Origin: Candidatus Kapaibacterium sp. | GTDB taxonomy: Bacteria; Bacteroidota; Ignavibacteria; Kapaibacteriales; UBA2268 | NCBI GenBank assembly: GCA_026390695.1 | Contig: JAPLFL010000070.1 | Span: forward strand, 624-64,623 | Length of the DNA: 64,000 bases | Reading direction: 5' to 3' | Part shown: positions 48,138 through 59,420 of the stretch, piece after piece | How positions within the stretch are numbered: the first letter of the stretch is position 1 | Layout of the letters: each line of letters opens with the position of its first letter | Notes under the pieces: generated by a model | Databases searched by the model: none | Told to the model about the DNA's origin: nothing | What the model saw: the letters and a program-made list of their open reading frames with translations, nothing else | Position numbers and translations under genes: made by a program

Positions 48138-50705
48138 TTAGTTCATTCCAATTCTATGGTCTAAATCCAAATCTAATTCCTCTTCAGGATTCAAATTTTC
48201 TTTTTCAATAAGAATCATAGGTTTATCAAGTGTTTTTTCATCAATTTGACGTACACCACCTTCAAAAGTAAATTCAATCTTCTTATTTTCTTTATCAAAT
48301 TCTCCTGAAATACGGCATCCTGAGCCAATATTATCTTTTAAAAGTGCTTCTGCTATTTCATCCTCAACATATTTTTGAAGTGCTCGTCTAAGAGGTCTGG
48401 CTCCGAATTTTTCGTCAAATCCCTTATCTACTAAAAACTCTTTGCTTTCATCAGTCAGAGTGAGAGTCATATTATTAATTTTCAATCTTCTCTTCAAAGC
48501 TTCAAGCTGAATATCAATAATTTTAAGAATATGTTCTTTTTGTAATTTTCTAAAGATAATAAAGTCATCAATTCTGTTTACAAACTCAGGATTGAAGAGG
48601 TGTTTCACAGCTTCTTCAATTGAAGATTTTACATTGTCATAATCATTAGAAACCGAGTCTATATTAAATCCGATTTTTCCACCTGCCTTTATATCACGTG
48701 TTCCAACGTTAGAGGTCATAATTATTACCGTGTTTTTAAAATCTATCTTTCTACCAAGCCCATCAGTTAGTACTCCATCATCAAATACCTGCAAAAGTAT
48801 ATTAAATACATCTGGGTGTGCTTTTTCAATTTCATCCAACAGTATTATACTATATGGTTTCCGTCTTACTTTTTCAGTTAATTGTCCACCTTCTTCATAA
48901 CCAACATATCCTGGAGGTGCGCCTACGAAGCGGGATACGGAGTATTTCTCCATGTACTCACTCATATCAATTCTGATCAAAGCATCTTCGTTATCAAACA
49001 TAACTTTTGACAAAACCTTGGCAAGCTCTGTCTTTCCAACACCAGTAGGTCCCAAAAACATAAACGAACCGATCGGACGTTTCGGATCTTTAAGACCAGC
49101 TCTTGCTCTACGTATTGCTTTGGTCAATGACTCAATTGCCTCATCCTGGCCTACAATCATTTTCTTCAAATCTTCAGACAGACGAAGTAATTTTAGTGAT
49201 TCATTTTCTGCAATTCTATTCACAGGAATTCCGGTCATCATTGCGACTATATCAGAAATGTCATCATCATTAACAGGAAAAACGCGCTCCCGTGATCGAT
49301 TTTCCCAATTATTTTTGGCTATTTCCAAATCGGCTAATAATCTTTTCTCCAAATCTCGCAGCCTGGCTGCTTCTTCAAAGTTTTGACTTTTGACTACATT
49401 ATTCTTTTCATTTCTGATGTCTTCAAGTTTTTCCTCAATTTCGATAATATCTTTTGGTACTTCAATGTTTGCTAAATGAACTCGCGCACCTGCTTCATCA
49501 AGCACATCTATGGCTTTATCCGGGAAATTTCTATCACTAATATAACGTTCAGCTAGACGGACACATGTCTCCACGGCTTCTTCCGTAAAAATTACATTAT
49601 GATGTTCTTCATATCTGTCTTTAATTTTATCAAGGATTTTTCTTGTCTCATCTGCATTAGGTGGTTCAACAAGTATTTTCTGGAATCTGCGCTCCAGAGC
49701 TCCATCTTTCTCAATATACTGCCTATATTCATCGAGCGTTGTTGCACCTATACATTGGATATCTCCACGGGCTAAGGCTGGTTTGAACATATTTGAAGCA
49801 TCCAAAGACCCAGATGCGCCGCCAGCACCGACCAGTGTATGTAATTCATCGATAAATAATATTACATCTTTTGCTTTTTCAAGTTCATTTAGAACAGCCT
49901 TCATTCTTTCTTCAAACTGACCACGATATTTAGTACCCGCAACCAGAGCAGCCAAATCAAGAGTAATTATTCTTTTATTAAACAGAGCGCGAGAGACTTT
50001 CTTTTCTATAATACGAAGGGCTAATCCCTCAACTATGGCTGTTTTGCCAACTCCTGGTTCACCAATTAATACTGGGTTATTTTTCTTACGACGGCTAAGT
50101 ACCTGACAAACACGTTCAATCTCCTTAGTTCTGCCGATTACCGGATCTAATTTTCCGTCTGTGGCTAACTTGGTGAGATCACGTCCAAAATTATCGAGAA
50201 CGGGCGTTTTTATTTTTTCTTTCTGTTGCTTTGTTTTGCCGCTCTCATACTGATTTGCAAAGCTTGGTTTTCCATGAACAATGCTTTCAATTTCACGTCG
50301 AACTGCATCATAGTTTACACTGAACTGTGCGAGAATCTGGGCTGCAATATTTTCCTCATCTCTTAGTAAAGATAGCAGTAGATGCTCAGTTCCAATGAGT
50401 GTAGCTTTATATAACTTTGCTTCCAAATATGTAATTTTCAATACTTTTTCCGCTTGTTTTGTCAAGGGTATATTACCAATTGAAATGGTTGTACTCGTTG
50501 AACGAACAGTATCTTCAATACCTCTTTTCAATTTATACAAATCAACTCCTAAATTTTTCAGAGCCTTGACAGCTATTCCTTCGCCTTCGCGAATAATACC
50601 CAATAGTAAATGCTCTGTACCAATGTAGTCATGACCAAGCCGCAATGCTTCATCGCGACTCAATTTTATAACTTCATTTACTCTGTTTGAAAAATTTCCT
50701 TCCAT
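48138..50705 (-). CDS. clpC: AAA+ chaperone ClpC-type (two Clp_N repeats, short UVR-like M-domain, two NBDs)
   Basis: Clp_N repeats ([11 protein letters not shown] / [11 protein letters not shown]). NBD1 [10 protein letters not shown]. Short middle region with [12 protein letters not shown] (UVR-like, ClpC-type not ClpB-type). NBD2 [12 protein letters not shown]. Confidence 0.75.
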   Translation of the reverse strand: MEGNFSNRVNEVIKLSRDEALRLGHDYIGTEHLLLGIIREGEGIAVKALKNLGVDLYKLKRGIEDTVRSTSTTISIGNIPLTKQAEKVLKITYLEAKLYKATLIGTEHLLLSLLRDEENIAAQILAQFSVNYDAVRREIESIVHGKPSFANQYESGKTKQQKEKIKTPVLDNFGRDLTKLATDGKLDPVIGRTKEIERVCQVLSRRKKNNPVLIGEPGVGKTAIVEGLALRIIEKKVSRALFNKRIITLDLAALVAGTKYRGQFEERMKAVLNELEKAKDVILFIDELHTLVGAGGASGSLDASNMFKPALARGDIQCIGATTLDEYRQYIEKDGALERRFQKILVEPPNADETRKILDKIKDRYEEHHNVIFTEEAVETCVRLAERYISDRNFPDKAIDVLDEAGARVHLANIEVPKDIIEIEEKLEDIRNEKNNVVKSQNFEEAARLRDLEKRLLADLEIAKNNWENRSRERVFPVNDDDISDIVAMMTGIPVNRIAENESLKLLRLSEDLKKMIVGQDEAIESLTKAIRRARAGLKDPKRPIGSFMFLGPTGVGKTELAKVLSKVMFDNEDALIRIDMSEYMEKYSVSRFVGAPPGYVGYEEGGQLTEKVRRKPYSIILLDEIEKAHPDVFNILLQVFDDGVLTDGLGRKIDFKNTVIIMTSNVGTRDIKAGGKIGFNIDSVSNDYDNVKSSIEEAVKHLFNPEFVNRIDDFIIFRKLQKEHILKIIDIQLEALKRRLKINNMTLTLTDESKEFLVDKGFDEKFGARPLRRALQKYVEDEIAEALLKDNIGSGCRISGEFDKENKKIEFTFEGGVRQIDEKTLDKPMILIEKENLNPEEELDLDLDHRIGMN

Positions 50706-50859
50706 CTATTCGCCTTTATAACTTTCTTTTAATATTTTAAATTTTCTACTTAGGAAATACAAAATTATATTCGTTTTGTGTATCATATTTATTAATTATT
50801 ATGAATTTCAAGGTATTATGTATTCTTAGACGATTTAAATGATTTTATATTTTAAGTAA

Positions 50860-51585
50860 TTATACTGCTATTGCAAGGGTTGCAATATCGACCTGACGAG
50901 CACCATTTTCTAGCAAAAGAACCGCACAAGCATTCAGAGTTGAGCCTGTAGTCAGTACATCATCGGTAAGTAATAAAATTTTATTTTTTAACTCTGGATG
51001 ATTCTTTTTTAAATCGAATACTCCTTCGACATTAGTTTGTCTTTCATTCGATTTTAGCAAAGTTTGAGTTTGAGTATAAACTTTACGATAAATAATTTCA
51101 AAATTGCAAGATGACTTTATTTCTTTTGCAATTGCAGTAGCAATAGATTCAGACTGATTATATCCACGTTCACGTTTTTTTGCGAAATGGATTGGAACTG
51201 GAATTACAAAATCGTAAATAACATCAGATTCGCTTAGAATTTTTCTACCTAAAACACTACCATAATGACTACCAATGCGGGTAAATCCTGAATATTTTAA
51301 ATCTTTGATTAAAACAGAAAAACCTTTTTCATCATTATATTGATACAAACAATAAAAATTAGAAATACCTGATTCGTCTTTTTCAATATTTCTAAACATT
51401 TTATTTTTAATTTCATCGGCTGTGGGTGCTATGATGAAGCGATGTTCACATTCTGAACATACCCATTTGCTCTGCTCAATCGAAGAATTTATTAAATGTC
51501 CGCAAATTTCGCAATGTCTTGGGGCAATAAATTCATTCGCCGCTTCAAAGGCTTTAGTTGCAAGAATTTTAGTTGCTTTGTACAA
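50860..51585 (-). CDS. comFC: ComF-family phosphoribosyltransferase-domain protein
   Basis: N-terminal Cys4 (CEICG...CSEC) plus C-terminal PRTase motif ILLLTDDVLTTGSTL. Confidence 0.55.
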   Translation of the reverse strand: MYKATKILATKAFEAANEFIAPRHCEICGHLINSSIEQSKWVCSECEHRFIIAPTADEIKNKMFRNIEKDESGISNFYCLYQYNDEKGFSVLIKDLKYSGFTRIGSHYGSVLGRKILSESDVIYDFVIPVPIHFAKKRERGYNQSESIATAIAKEIKSSCNFEIIYRKVYTQTQTLLKSNERQTNVEGVFDLKKNHPELKNKILLLTDDVLTTGSTLNACAVLLLENGARQVDIATLAIAV

Positions 51586-52084
51586 ATTGTTCTAAAGATA
51601 ACTTTTGAATTGGGTATTTAAAAATATAAAAGCAAACGAGGATTGAAAGTGTATTTTCAGCAATCTTCTTCCAGCCTACTGTTTCAGCCATATTTTTTGC
51701 AAAGCACCCACAATTTATACTTAAGCCCTGAATCATTGCCAGTCCTACTGCTACAATAAATATCATAAGCAATATACTTGCTAACGCACTGCTACTGCGC
51801 AATCTGAAACCTACCAAAATAAATAGTCCGATTATCAATTCAATCCAAGGCATGATTAACGCAATAATGTTCAATAATGGCTCCCAGACTAAGCGATAAT
51901 TACTAATTTCTTTTGCAAACTGAGCAGGTTCAGCTATTTTGCCAATGGCTGCAAAAATAAAAAGGACACCAATTGCAAGTCTTGCAATAAGCTGTAGATA
52001 AGGATTATATAGGATTTTACTAATCATAATTATTAATTGACTGATTTTTTTTAATTTTGCATTCATTCGTAAACAATGTTTCAA
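51569..52084 (-). CDS. DoxX-like small membrane protein
   Basis: Four hydrophobic helices in 171 aa. Overlaps the comF-like start by 17 nt. Confidence 0.45.
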   Translation of the reverse strand: MKHCLRMNAKLKKISQLIIMISKILYNPYLQLIARLAIGVLFIFAAIGKIAEPAQFAKEISNYRLVWEPLLNIIALIMPWIELIIGLFILVGFRLRSSSALASILLMIFIVAVGLAMIQGLSINCGCFAKNMAETVGWKKIAENTLSILVCFYIFKYPIQKLSLEQFVQSN

Positions 52085-52108
52085 TTAATTAAAAAACGAT
52101 ATTAAATA

Positions 52109-53476
52109 ATGGCTTTTATTCGTTCAATTTCGGGTTTACGTGCAACTATAGGTAACGATTTAACTCCGTTTGTTATTGCAAAATATGTTTCAGCTTTATC
52201 ACAATATGCTCCAGAAGGAGATATTGTTATTGGTAATGACGGCCGCCCCAGCGGGAAGTGGATTGAAATGATTGCAGCAGGAACTCTTGCATCATTAGGT
52301 AGAACGGTTATAATTACCGGCGTTGTCCCAACACCTACTGTACAGCTTTTAGTTGAACAAAGCGGTGCAGCCGCAGGTATAGCAATTACAGCTTCACATA
52401 ATCCCGATCAATGGAATGGATTAAAATTTATAAATTCAGATGGTGTTTTTTTTGATATTCATGAAAATCAGAAATTTTGGGAATTAGTTGATGCCATTGA
52501 TGAGGAGAAGCTTTCTACATCGACCAGCGGCTGTATTTTATACGATTTGACAAGTTTATCGGATCATGTTGAATTCGTTTTAAAATTGTCAATTATTAAT
52601 CAGGTAGATTTCGTTAATAAATTGAAAAATAGAAATTTTAAAGCTGTTGTTGATGCTGTCAATTGCTCTGGTTCTACTGTTGTTCCAAAATTACTGGATA
52701 TTTTAGGTGCTGATTGTATTGAGTTGTATTGCGACGAATCAGGAATTTTCCCTCATACACCTGAACCATTGCCAGAAAATCTTGGAGTTTTAGCTGAAAC
52801 TGTTAAAATTCATAATGCAGATATTGGAATAGCCGTAGATCCGGATTCTGACAGATTGGTAATTGTGGATGAACATGGCAATCATATTGGAGAGGAATTT
52901 ACACTGGCATTAGCTGTACAATCTGCCTTGCATTTCAATTCTATAAACAACACTGATCCTAAGCCGAAGGTTGTTACAAATTTATCATCAAGTTCACTTG
53001 TTGATTTTATTGCTGCAAAATATGGAGCAACCGTCTATCGCTCTGCAGTAGGAGAAATTAATGTTGTAAAAAAGATGAAAGAGACTGGAGCATTAATTGG
53101 TGGTGAAGGTAGTGGTGGAGTTATTCTTCCAGCTTGCCATTATGGGCGTGATTCTTTAGTAGGAATTGCTTTAATTATTGCACTGATAGCTGATACTAAT
53201 AAATCTGTATCGGAACTTATTGCAGAATATCCCGTATTTAAAATTTTAAAGAGCAAACAGGAATTTAAAGGCGATCTTCAACATTATTTTAATAAATTAT
53301 CCAAGGCATTTCCTGATGCTGAAATCAATACCGATGATGGCATAAGGATTGATACACAACGCGGCTGGGTGCAGGTTCGCGCATCCAATACTGAGCCAAT
53401 AATCAGAATAATCAGCGAATCTACAGATGGAGATTATGCTTCTCGATTAATCAAATTAGCACAAGAATTAATTTAA
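52109..53476 (+). CDS. Phosphohexomutase (phosphoglucosamine mutase / phosphomannomutase family)
   Basis: Active-site loop GIAITASHNPDQWNGLKF (phospho-Ser), Mg loop AVDPDSDRL, sugar loop GGEGSGG. Confidence 0.7.
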   Translation: MAFIRSISGLRATIGNDLTPFVIAKYVSALSQYAPEGDIVIGNDGRPSGKWIEMIAAGTLASLGRTVIITGVVPTPTVQLLVEQSGAAAGIAITASHNPDQWNGLKFINSDGVFFDIHENQKFWELVDAIDEEKLSTSTSGCILYDLTSLSDHVEFVLKLSIINQVDFVNKLKNRNFKAVVDAVNCSGSTVVPKLLDILGADCIELYCDESGIFPHTPEPLPENLGVLAETVKIHNADIGIAVDPDSDRLVIVDEHGNHIGEEFTLALAVQSALHFNSINNTDPKPKVVTNLSSSSLVDFIAAKYGATVYRSAVGEINVVKKMKETGALIGGEGSGGVILPACHYGRDSLVGIALIIALIADTNKSVSELIAEYPVFKILKSKQEFKGDLQHYFNKLSKAFPDAEINTDDGIRIDTQRGWVQVRASNTEPIIRIISESTDGDYASRLIKLAQELI

Positions 53477-53507
53477 CTTTTATTTTTTAATATTTTTAGA
53501 GGTTTAT

Positions 53508-54110
53508 ATGAATAAATTAAAATTATTTTCAATTATCGGCTTAATTGCAGCTCTGGTACTAACTTTTAGTCATACTGCATATTCAGCTAAACAGAAGAAA
53601 GGTGGAAAAATGGACAACCATGAATATGTAATTCATGTTTCGCAAAATGGGAAATTATTGGGAGATATATATCTGAAATTAAAGCCGGAAGTGGCTCCCA
53701 ATCACGTTAAAAGATTTGAAGAATTAGTTGAAAAAAAATTCTATGACGGATGTGCTTTTCATCGTGTAATTCCCGGATTTATGATTCAGGGCGGCGATCC
53801 AAATTCAAAGAGTGGTGCGAGGAATACTTGGGGTATGGGAGACGGCGCTATGCCTAAGGTAAATTCAGAATTCAATAAAACACCTCATAAACGCGGGATT
53901 CTCTCGGCTGCTCGTACAAATGATCCGAATAGCTTTACTTGTCAATTCTTCATTTGCGTTGCTGATGCTGCATTTCTTGATAATCAATATACTGTATTCG
54001 GTGAAGTTACCAAGGGTATGGATATAGCAGATAAAGTTGTTAGCTCTAAAAGAGACGCTCAGGATAACCCTTTTGACAAAATTTCAATGATTGTCGAAAA
54101 AACAAAATAA
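53508..54110 (+). CDS. Cyclophilin-type peptidyl-prolyl cis-trans isomerase, secreted
   Basis: Signal peptide. FHRVIPGFMIQGGDP and FFIC cyclophilin motifs. Confidence 0.8.
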   Translation: MNKLKLFSIIGLIAALVLTFSHTAYSAKQKKGGKMDNHEYVIHVSQNGKLLGDIYLKLKPEVAPNHVKRFEELVEKKFYDGCAFHRVIPGFMIQGGDPNSKSGARNTWGMGDGAMPKVNSEFNKTPHKRGILSAARTNDPNSFTCQFFICVADAAFLDNQYTVFGEVTKGMDIADKVVSSKRDAQDNPFDKISMIVEKTK

Positions 54111-54119
54111 TAATGATTT

Positions 54120-55034
54120 TCAATCATTGTCCGGTGATGTATTTTCAAGTTTAACCAGAACCGGACAATGATCTGAAATTTGACCAGCACTATGTTCTCC
54201 AAGATAAGAATTCACATCAAACATTGATACAGCCATAGGCATTAATCTTTTTTTCACAGAATTTGTAACAATAATATGATCTATTGAATGCCAAGAATGA
54301 TTTTTGCAACTTCTAAGATTATATGTTAAAAATTCAATATTCTTATCAGCCAGCAGTGCTGTGAGTGTAGCATTTTTCTGTCTATCAGGGCTATCATTAA
54401 AATCACCAACAATAATTAAATCTTTTTCTTTACCATGTGCTAAAGTTGAATCAATCCAGTTTGCGAGTACCTGCGCCTGCTCTGATCTTAGATCAATACT
54501 TGCTTCAATTTTTTCTTTTGTATCATCAAAGTGTGAACTTGATTTAAAATGTACGACCATCATTTCCCAATCGAAACTACCTTTCTTTATCCTGAATTGA
54601 AGTCCTGGTCTTGTTCTTTTGAATTGGGTTTGTAGCGGCATATACTCGCCGAGTTCTTTAACTTCAATTCCTTTTCGATAAAGCAGCGCAATTTTCTGAG
54701 CACCGCCTTCTGTGCCAATATAGAATGAAAACTCTGGTAAATATTTTAGTATTTTATTTAAAGCATTAGCATTTTCAATTTCCTCAAGTCCCAGAATATC
54801 GGCACCTGTCTTTTTTATAAGTTCTGCAATATTCCTATAATCCTCTTCAGTTCTTTTTTTCCTGTCATTTACTCCGTCTCCGAGCCATTCAACATTGAAT
54901 GTTCCAATAATTACAAAATCACTGTTTAGCGGAGGAACTTTTTTCTGACATGATACAATAAAAAATACAGTGATCACAACTGCTATAGCTGATCTTACTT
55001 TTATATAATAATTTTTTGTATTAATCTTTTTCAT
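54120..55034 (-). CDS. Endonuclease/exonuclease/phosphatase (EEP) family protein, secreted
   Basis: Signal peptide. GTFNVEW, LGLEE, GDFN and SDHCPV motifs of the EEP fold. Confidence 0.6.
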   Translation of the reverse strand: MKKINTKNYYIKVRSAIAVVITVFFIVSCQKKVPPLNSDFVIIGTFNVEWLGDGVNDRKKRTEEDYRNIAELIKKTGADILGLEEIENANALNKILKYLPEFSFYIGTEGGAQKIALLYRKGIEVKELGEYMPLQTQFKRTRPGLQFRIKKGSFDWEMMVVHFKSSSHFDDTKEKIEASIDLRSEQAQVLANWIDSTLAHGKEKDLIIVGDFNDSPDRQKNATLTALLADKNIEFLTYNLRSCKNHSWHSIDHIIVTNSVKKRLMPMAVSMFDVNSYLGEHSAGQISDHCPVLVKLENTSPDND

Positions 55035-55903
55035 TTATCAAATGCACTCTCATTATCAGATTTATAAAAATATCCTTGGATAAAGGCTCTGAAAGTCACT
55101 TTTACATCATTAAAATTATTACACCGGAATAACCAGCTTATCAAGTATCCGAATGGACGAATGATACGAGTGAGCATAGGAGCATCTAAAACGTCGATCG
55201 CTATTATATTTCTGATTATATACTTATGCTTCCAGTTAAAAGTTGAAATTGAATCGGGAATGTTAAGTTTTCGATTCAATCTTGCTTTTGAAGATATATA
55301 TATTTTAAACCCTGCATTGACAGCCCTTACAAAAAATTCAGTATCGTCTGCATAAATAAAAAATTTCTTTTCTGGTAGGCCAATACTTTTTATCAGAGAT
55401 TTATGAAATAAGGGGCCTTCAAACGTAATTCCTTCAGCTCGTATCAAGTTGTTTTCTAAATCAAGTTCCTGAATAATGGATTCCCAGATACTTTTGAACG
55501 GATTAGTCATGTTGAATTTCAAAGTATCATTCAAATAAGGAACAGCATCAGGAGTGTATCTTAGTGGTGTTAATATAATGGTCTCATTTATATCATTCAT
55601 TAAAATACTGAGACAATCGGATTCCGGGACTACATCATCATCCATAATCCAGATATAATCAGTTTCTGTCTGATAAGCCGCTTTGATCCCTGTATATTGT
55701 CCTCCGGAACTCCCAACGTTATCTTGTGTTATAACTGTCAAATCAGTTTGAACAGACAGCCATTCGGCAGTTCCATCGCTTGATGAATTATTTATAACAA
55801 ATATTGCGGATAATTTGTAGGTTTGATTTCTAAGAGCTTCTATTATCTCTTTTAGAAAATTTAATCTATTAAACGTGACTACTACGGCTGCTACTTTTTT
55901 CAT
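55031..55903 (-). CDS. Glycosyltransferase family 2
   Basis: AAVVVTFNRLNFLKEIIEAL N-terminal GT2 motif and DDD region (WIMDDD). Confidence 0.7.
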   Translation of the reverse strand: MKKVAAVVVTFNRLNFLKEIIEALRNQTYKLSAIFVINNSSSDGTAEWLSVQTDLTVITQDNVGSSGGQYTGIKAAYQTETDYIWIMDDDVVPESDCLSILMNDINETIILTPLRYTPDAVPYLNDTLKFNMTNPFKSIWESIIQELDLENNLIRAEGITFEGPLFHKSLIKSIGLPEKKFFIYADDTEFFVRAVNAGFKIYISSKARLNRKLNIPDSISTFNWKHKYIIRNIIAIDVLDAPMLTRIIRPFGYLISWLFRCNNFNDVKVTFRAFIQGYFYKSDNESAFDK

Positions 55904-55908
55904 ACTAA

Positions 55909-57075
55909 TTAAAATTTATTGATAAAATCAGTAAGCTTATTTGAATCATTTTCCCAGTTATATTTATCAATAAATGCTTTATGAGCATTAGCAGCCATAT
56001 CCTTAAGATTTAATTTGACAAATTCATTTAAACTATTTGAAATTATTTCAGGTGTTGTACAGTCAATACTCAGACCAGCTGATGTTTCCGTGAGAACTCT
56101 TTTTATCGGAACGGCTTCAGATCCTATTACCGGTATTGCATTTGCAAAATAATCGAAAATTTTATTATGAATTGTAAAATTATTAAAATCGTTGATCTGA
56201 TATGGCATTACTCCAATATCAAAAGTTTTTAATATTGCCTCTAAGTTTTGAGGTTTATATGTTCCCAAAAATTCAACGCTATGTTTATTTTGTGATTCTT
56301 CAGTGATTTCCTTGAGCTGATCGAGTGATTCACCTGCTCCTGCTATAGTAAATTTTGAATTTGGATAATCATTTACAAATAATAAAAATCCTTTTAAAAA
56401 GATATCTATCTTCTTCTCTTCCGTTAAATGGCCATGATGGCCAAATACAAGATTATTCGGATTAAAAGACCGAGACTGATTATTTGAATCAAAAGATTTT
56501 ACGGAAGGTGTATTGTGAACTTCAACAATATTATCTTTATTAAATTTATAAATATTAACTAAGCGATCACTATTCTCTGAACAAACCGTAATTATACCAT
56601 CGGATGCATCCACGGCTCTTTTCTCTGTTAAAACAGGGAGTTCTAAATTATGTACTGCTAACTTAATAAATATATTTTTTTTATATTTTTTCCACTCCTT
56701 CATTCCTGCAGGATAATTCTCTGCCATGTCGGTAATTGATGGAATATTAAGTTTCCGAGCAACTTTCGCGCTTTGTACAGCAATCATTATTTCTCGAGTA
56801 ATTATAATATCAGCATTTATTTCCTTAGCTGAATCTTCAATCAGACTCTTCCAGTATGGGTTTATCGGAATTGGGAGTGTTAATGCTGAATGTTTCTGGA
56901 ATCCAGCTCTTCGGACAGGTATGTTATCAACTATTTCACGTTCTTCTGCCTCACCATTCCACCTGCAGAGCAGCATTAGCTCTGAACCGGATTCGATCAA
57001 TGCCTGACAAAGTTTTTGAATTCTTACATCCCAGGGATATTGTCCCTTCCAAACAACTAATATTCTCTTTGACAT
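55909..57075 (-). CDS. Glycosyltransferase family 4
   Basis: GT-B C-terminal domain with FGHHGHLTEEKKID and E..E-like segment. Stop/start abutting the DedA gene. Confidence 0.6.
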   Translation of the reverse strand: MSKRILVVWKGQYPWDVRIQKLCQALIESGSELMLLCRWNGEAEEREIVDNIPVRRAGFQKHSALTLPIPINPYWKSLIEDSAKEINADIIITREIMIAVQSAKVARKLNIPSITDMAENYPAGMKEWKKYKKNIFIKLAVHNLELPVLTEKRAVDASDGIITVCSENSDRLVNIYKFNKDNIVEVHNTPSVKSFDSNNQSRSFNPNNLVFGHHGHLTEEKKIDIFLKGFLLFVNDYPNSKFTIAGAGESLDQLKEITEESQNKHSVEFLGTYKPQNLEAILKTFDIGVMPYQINDFNNFTIHNKIFDYFANAIPVIGSEAVPIKRVLTETSAGLSIDCTTPEIISNSLNEFVKLNLKDMAANAHKAFIDKYNWENDSNKLTDFINKF

Positions 57076-57734
57076 TAGCCTCTGGCCTTGCTTCTTAGGC
57101 TTTTAACCAATTCTATAATAATTGGCACAACTGAAATTATTATTATAGCAATTACTACCAAGCCGAAATTATTTTTAACAAAAGGTAAAGTCCCAAAAAA
57201 ATATCCGGCCGAAATGAAAATTGAGGTCCACAGCAGCCCTCCAACAACATTATAAATAATAAATTTTGAATAGCTCATAGCTCCTATTCCTGCTACAAAG
57301 GGGGCAAATGTTCTTATAATTGGAATAAACCTCGCGATAATAATTGTCTTACCACCATGCTTTTCATAGAACCTGTGCGTCTTTTCTAGATATTCCTTTT
57401 TTAAAAATCTAATATTATCAGTAAATACTCTCTTCCCTATTTTATTTCCAATCCAATAATTAACGGTATCCCCAATAATAGCTGCTATTGAAATAATCAC
57501 AAATAAAACTATGGGATCGAGCGCACCTATTGCGGCAAATGAACCTGCGGCAAACAGAAGTGAATCTCCGGGTAAAAATGGAGTTATTACCAAACCGGTT
57601 TCACAGAAAATGATAACAAATAAAATTCCATAAGTCCAAAAGTGATATTCACTAATAACTAAACCGAGATGTTTGTCAATGTGTAAAAAAATGTCAATTA
57701 AATTCTTTAATCCTTGCATTAGTCCTTGTTCCAT
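57075..57734 (-). CDS. DedA/SNARE-associated family membrane protein
   Basis: [20 protein letters not shown] and [16 protein letters not shown] DedA motifs. Confidence 0.75.
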   Translation of the reverse strand: MEQGLMQGLKNLIDIFLHIDKHLGLVISEYHFWTYGILFVIIFCETGLVITPFLPGDSLLFAAGSFAAIGALDPIVLFVIISIAAIIGDTVNYWIGNKIGKRVFTDNIRFLKKEYLEKTHRFYEKHGGKTIIIARFIPIIRTFAPFVAGIGAMSYSKFIIYNVVGGLLWTSIFISAGYFFGTLPFVKNNFGLVVIAIIIISVVPIIIELVKSLRSKARG

Positions 57735-57744
57735 ATTTCTCCAA

Positions 57745-59238
57745 TTATAAAATATTTTTTAAATTTTCTATGATATCTGTAGCTGAAATAGTCATTTCAG
57801 AATATTTTTCTTTATAATAATCCGCTGCAGCCGCATGAACAAAGGCTCCTAAAGCTGTCGAATTGATGGTATCCATTTTCTGTGCCAAAAAACCGGCTAT
57901 AATCCCAGTTAATACATCACCGGAACCTCCACTGGCCATGCCAGGATTGCCATTCAGATTAAAAAAAGTTTTGTCGCCATTACTTATAATTGTAGGCACA
58001 TTTTTTAACAGAATTGTACAATTTAGTTTTTCAGCCCAAATTTGAGTTAAATCCATAGCGTTTTCCTCAATTTCCTGACGACTTAATTTAGTTATCCTTG
58101 AAAATTCTCCGTGATGAGGAGTTAGTACTATGTTCTTTCTTAAAACAGAATTCTCGTTTATAGCTCTGAGAGCATCTGCATCGATTATTAAAGGAATATG
58201 AGCAGATAACTGTGAGAAAATAGCTTTAACAAATTCAATTGTCCGTATGTCCGCTCCTAAACCCGGTCCTATAGCAACCGCATCACAGCCCTGAGCTGCA
58301 ATCATAACGGAATTAATAAAGTTTTCAGTAAATACACCACTTTCGGAATGACAAAAGGTCGGAATTACTTCAGGCATTAGAGAACTATGAATTTTTGGCG
58401 TGTATAAATAAACTAACCCTGCACCTGATTTAACAGCAGCATTAGCCGCAAGTGCTGCAGCACCCGGGTAATTTGCCGATCCGGCAATGATTAGTACTTT
58501 CCCATAGTCAAATTTAGAACTATTTCTTGGCCTTGGCTTTATTATTTTTCTTATATCTAATTTCTCAATTGCGAAAATTTTTGATAAATCTTTGATGATT
58601 GATTGAGGTGCTCCAAGATCAGCAATTACTGTTTCACCGCATAACTCAGCTCCATTGTTGAGTAACATACCACTTTTTATTGCATACATTGTAACTGTGT
58701 AATCAGCTCTGAAACTATGTTCATGTGTCTTACCATTAAGTGTATTCAAGCCTGTGGGTGCATCTATAGAGAATTTAAGAGCGTTTGAAGAATTAGCTTT
58801 TATTAAAATTTCAATAATTAATCCACGTAAATTTTCTGAACCTCCGACTCCAATAAGTGAATCGATTATACAATCAACATGAAAATTAATACATTCCATT
58901 TCAATTTCATGACTTATTATTGATGTTGGTAATCCCATTTTTTTTAAAATCTCATAATTTGTTCTCGTTTCATCACTCATTTTTTCAGAATTACCTAATA
59001 CCAATACCTGCACATCTGAATAATCAGATAAGTGACGTGCAAGAGCCAATCCATCACCACCATTATTCCCAACTCCACATAAAACTAAAACAGATGAATT
59101 TTGTTGAATTTTTGATTTTATAAAATCAGATGCCGACCGCGCTGCATTTTCCATAAGGACAATAGAAGGGATTTTTAGGAGTTCAATAGCGGTAGTGTCG
59201 GCAGTTCGCATTTCACTGGGTTTGAGTATATATTTCAT
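57745..59238 (-). CDS. nnr: Bifunctional NAD(P)H-hydrate repair enzyme Nnr (YjeF_N epimerase + ADP-dependent dehydratase)
   Basis: N-domain [21 protein letters not shown]-domain carbohydrate-kinase fold with [12 protein letters not shown]. Confidence 0.8.
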   Translation of the reverse strand: MKYILKPSEMRTADTTAIELLKIPSIVLMENAARSASDFIKSKIQQNSSVLVLCGVGNNGGDGLALARHLSDYSDVQVLVLGNSEKMSDETRTNYEILKKMGLPTSIISHEIEMECINFHVDCIIDSLIGVGGSENLRGLIIEILIKANSSNALKFSIDAPTGLNTLNGKTHEHSFRADYTVTMYAIKSGMLLNNGAELCGETVIADLGAPQSIIKDLSKIFAIEKLDIRKIIKPRPRNSSKFDYGKVLIIAGSANYPGAAALAANAAVKSGAGLVYLYTPKIHSSLMPEVIPTFCHSESGVFTENFINSVMIAAQGCDAVAIGPGLGADIRTIEFVKAIFSQLSAHIPLIIDADALRAINENSVLRKNIVLTPHHGEFSRITKLSRQEIEENAMDLTQIWAEKLNCTILLKNVPTIISNGDKTFFNLNGNPGMASGGSGDVLTGIIAGFLAQKMDTINSTALGAFVHAAAADYYKEKYSEMTISATDIIENLKNIL

Positions 59239-59420
59239 ACTTATAAAAAATTGATTAATTTGCGATTCTATGAAAGTTGTTCATTTTATTTATCATAATT
59301 ACAAAACTAAATAAAGTTAATGAATTGACATATCTCTACTGTACTTTTTCTTTGGAAAAAATTGACAAGTAACTTTCATAGAGAAATTTCGTATTTAAGC
59401 TGAAGTAAAACAATAAATAT

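Noticed and set aside
48138-50705. Alternative call as ClpB for the 855-aa AAA+ chaperone
   Set aside because: The middle region between the NBD1 subdomains is only ~60 aa with a UVR-like motif, which is ClpC-type, not the ~120-aa coiled-coil M-domain of ClpB. The ClpC call was kept.
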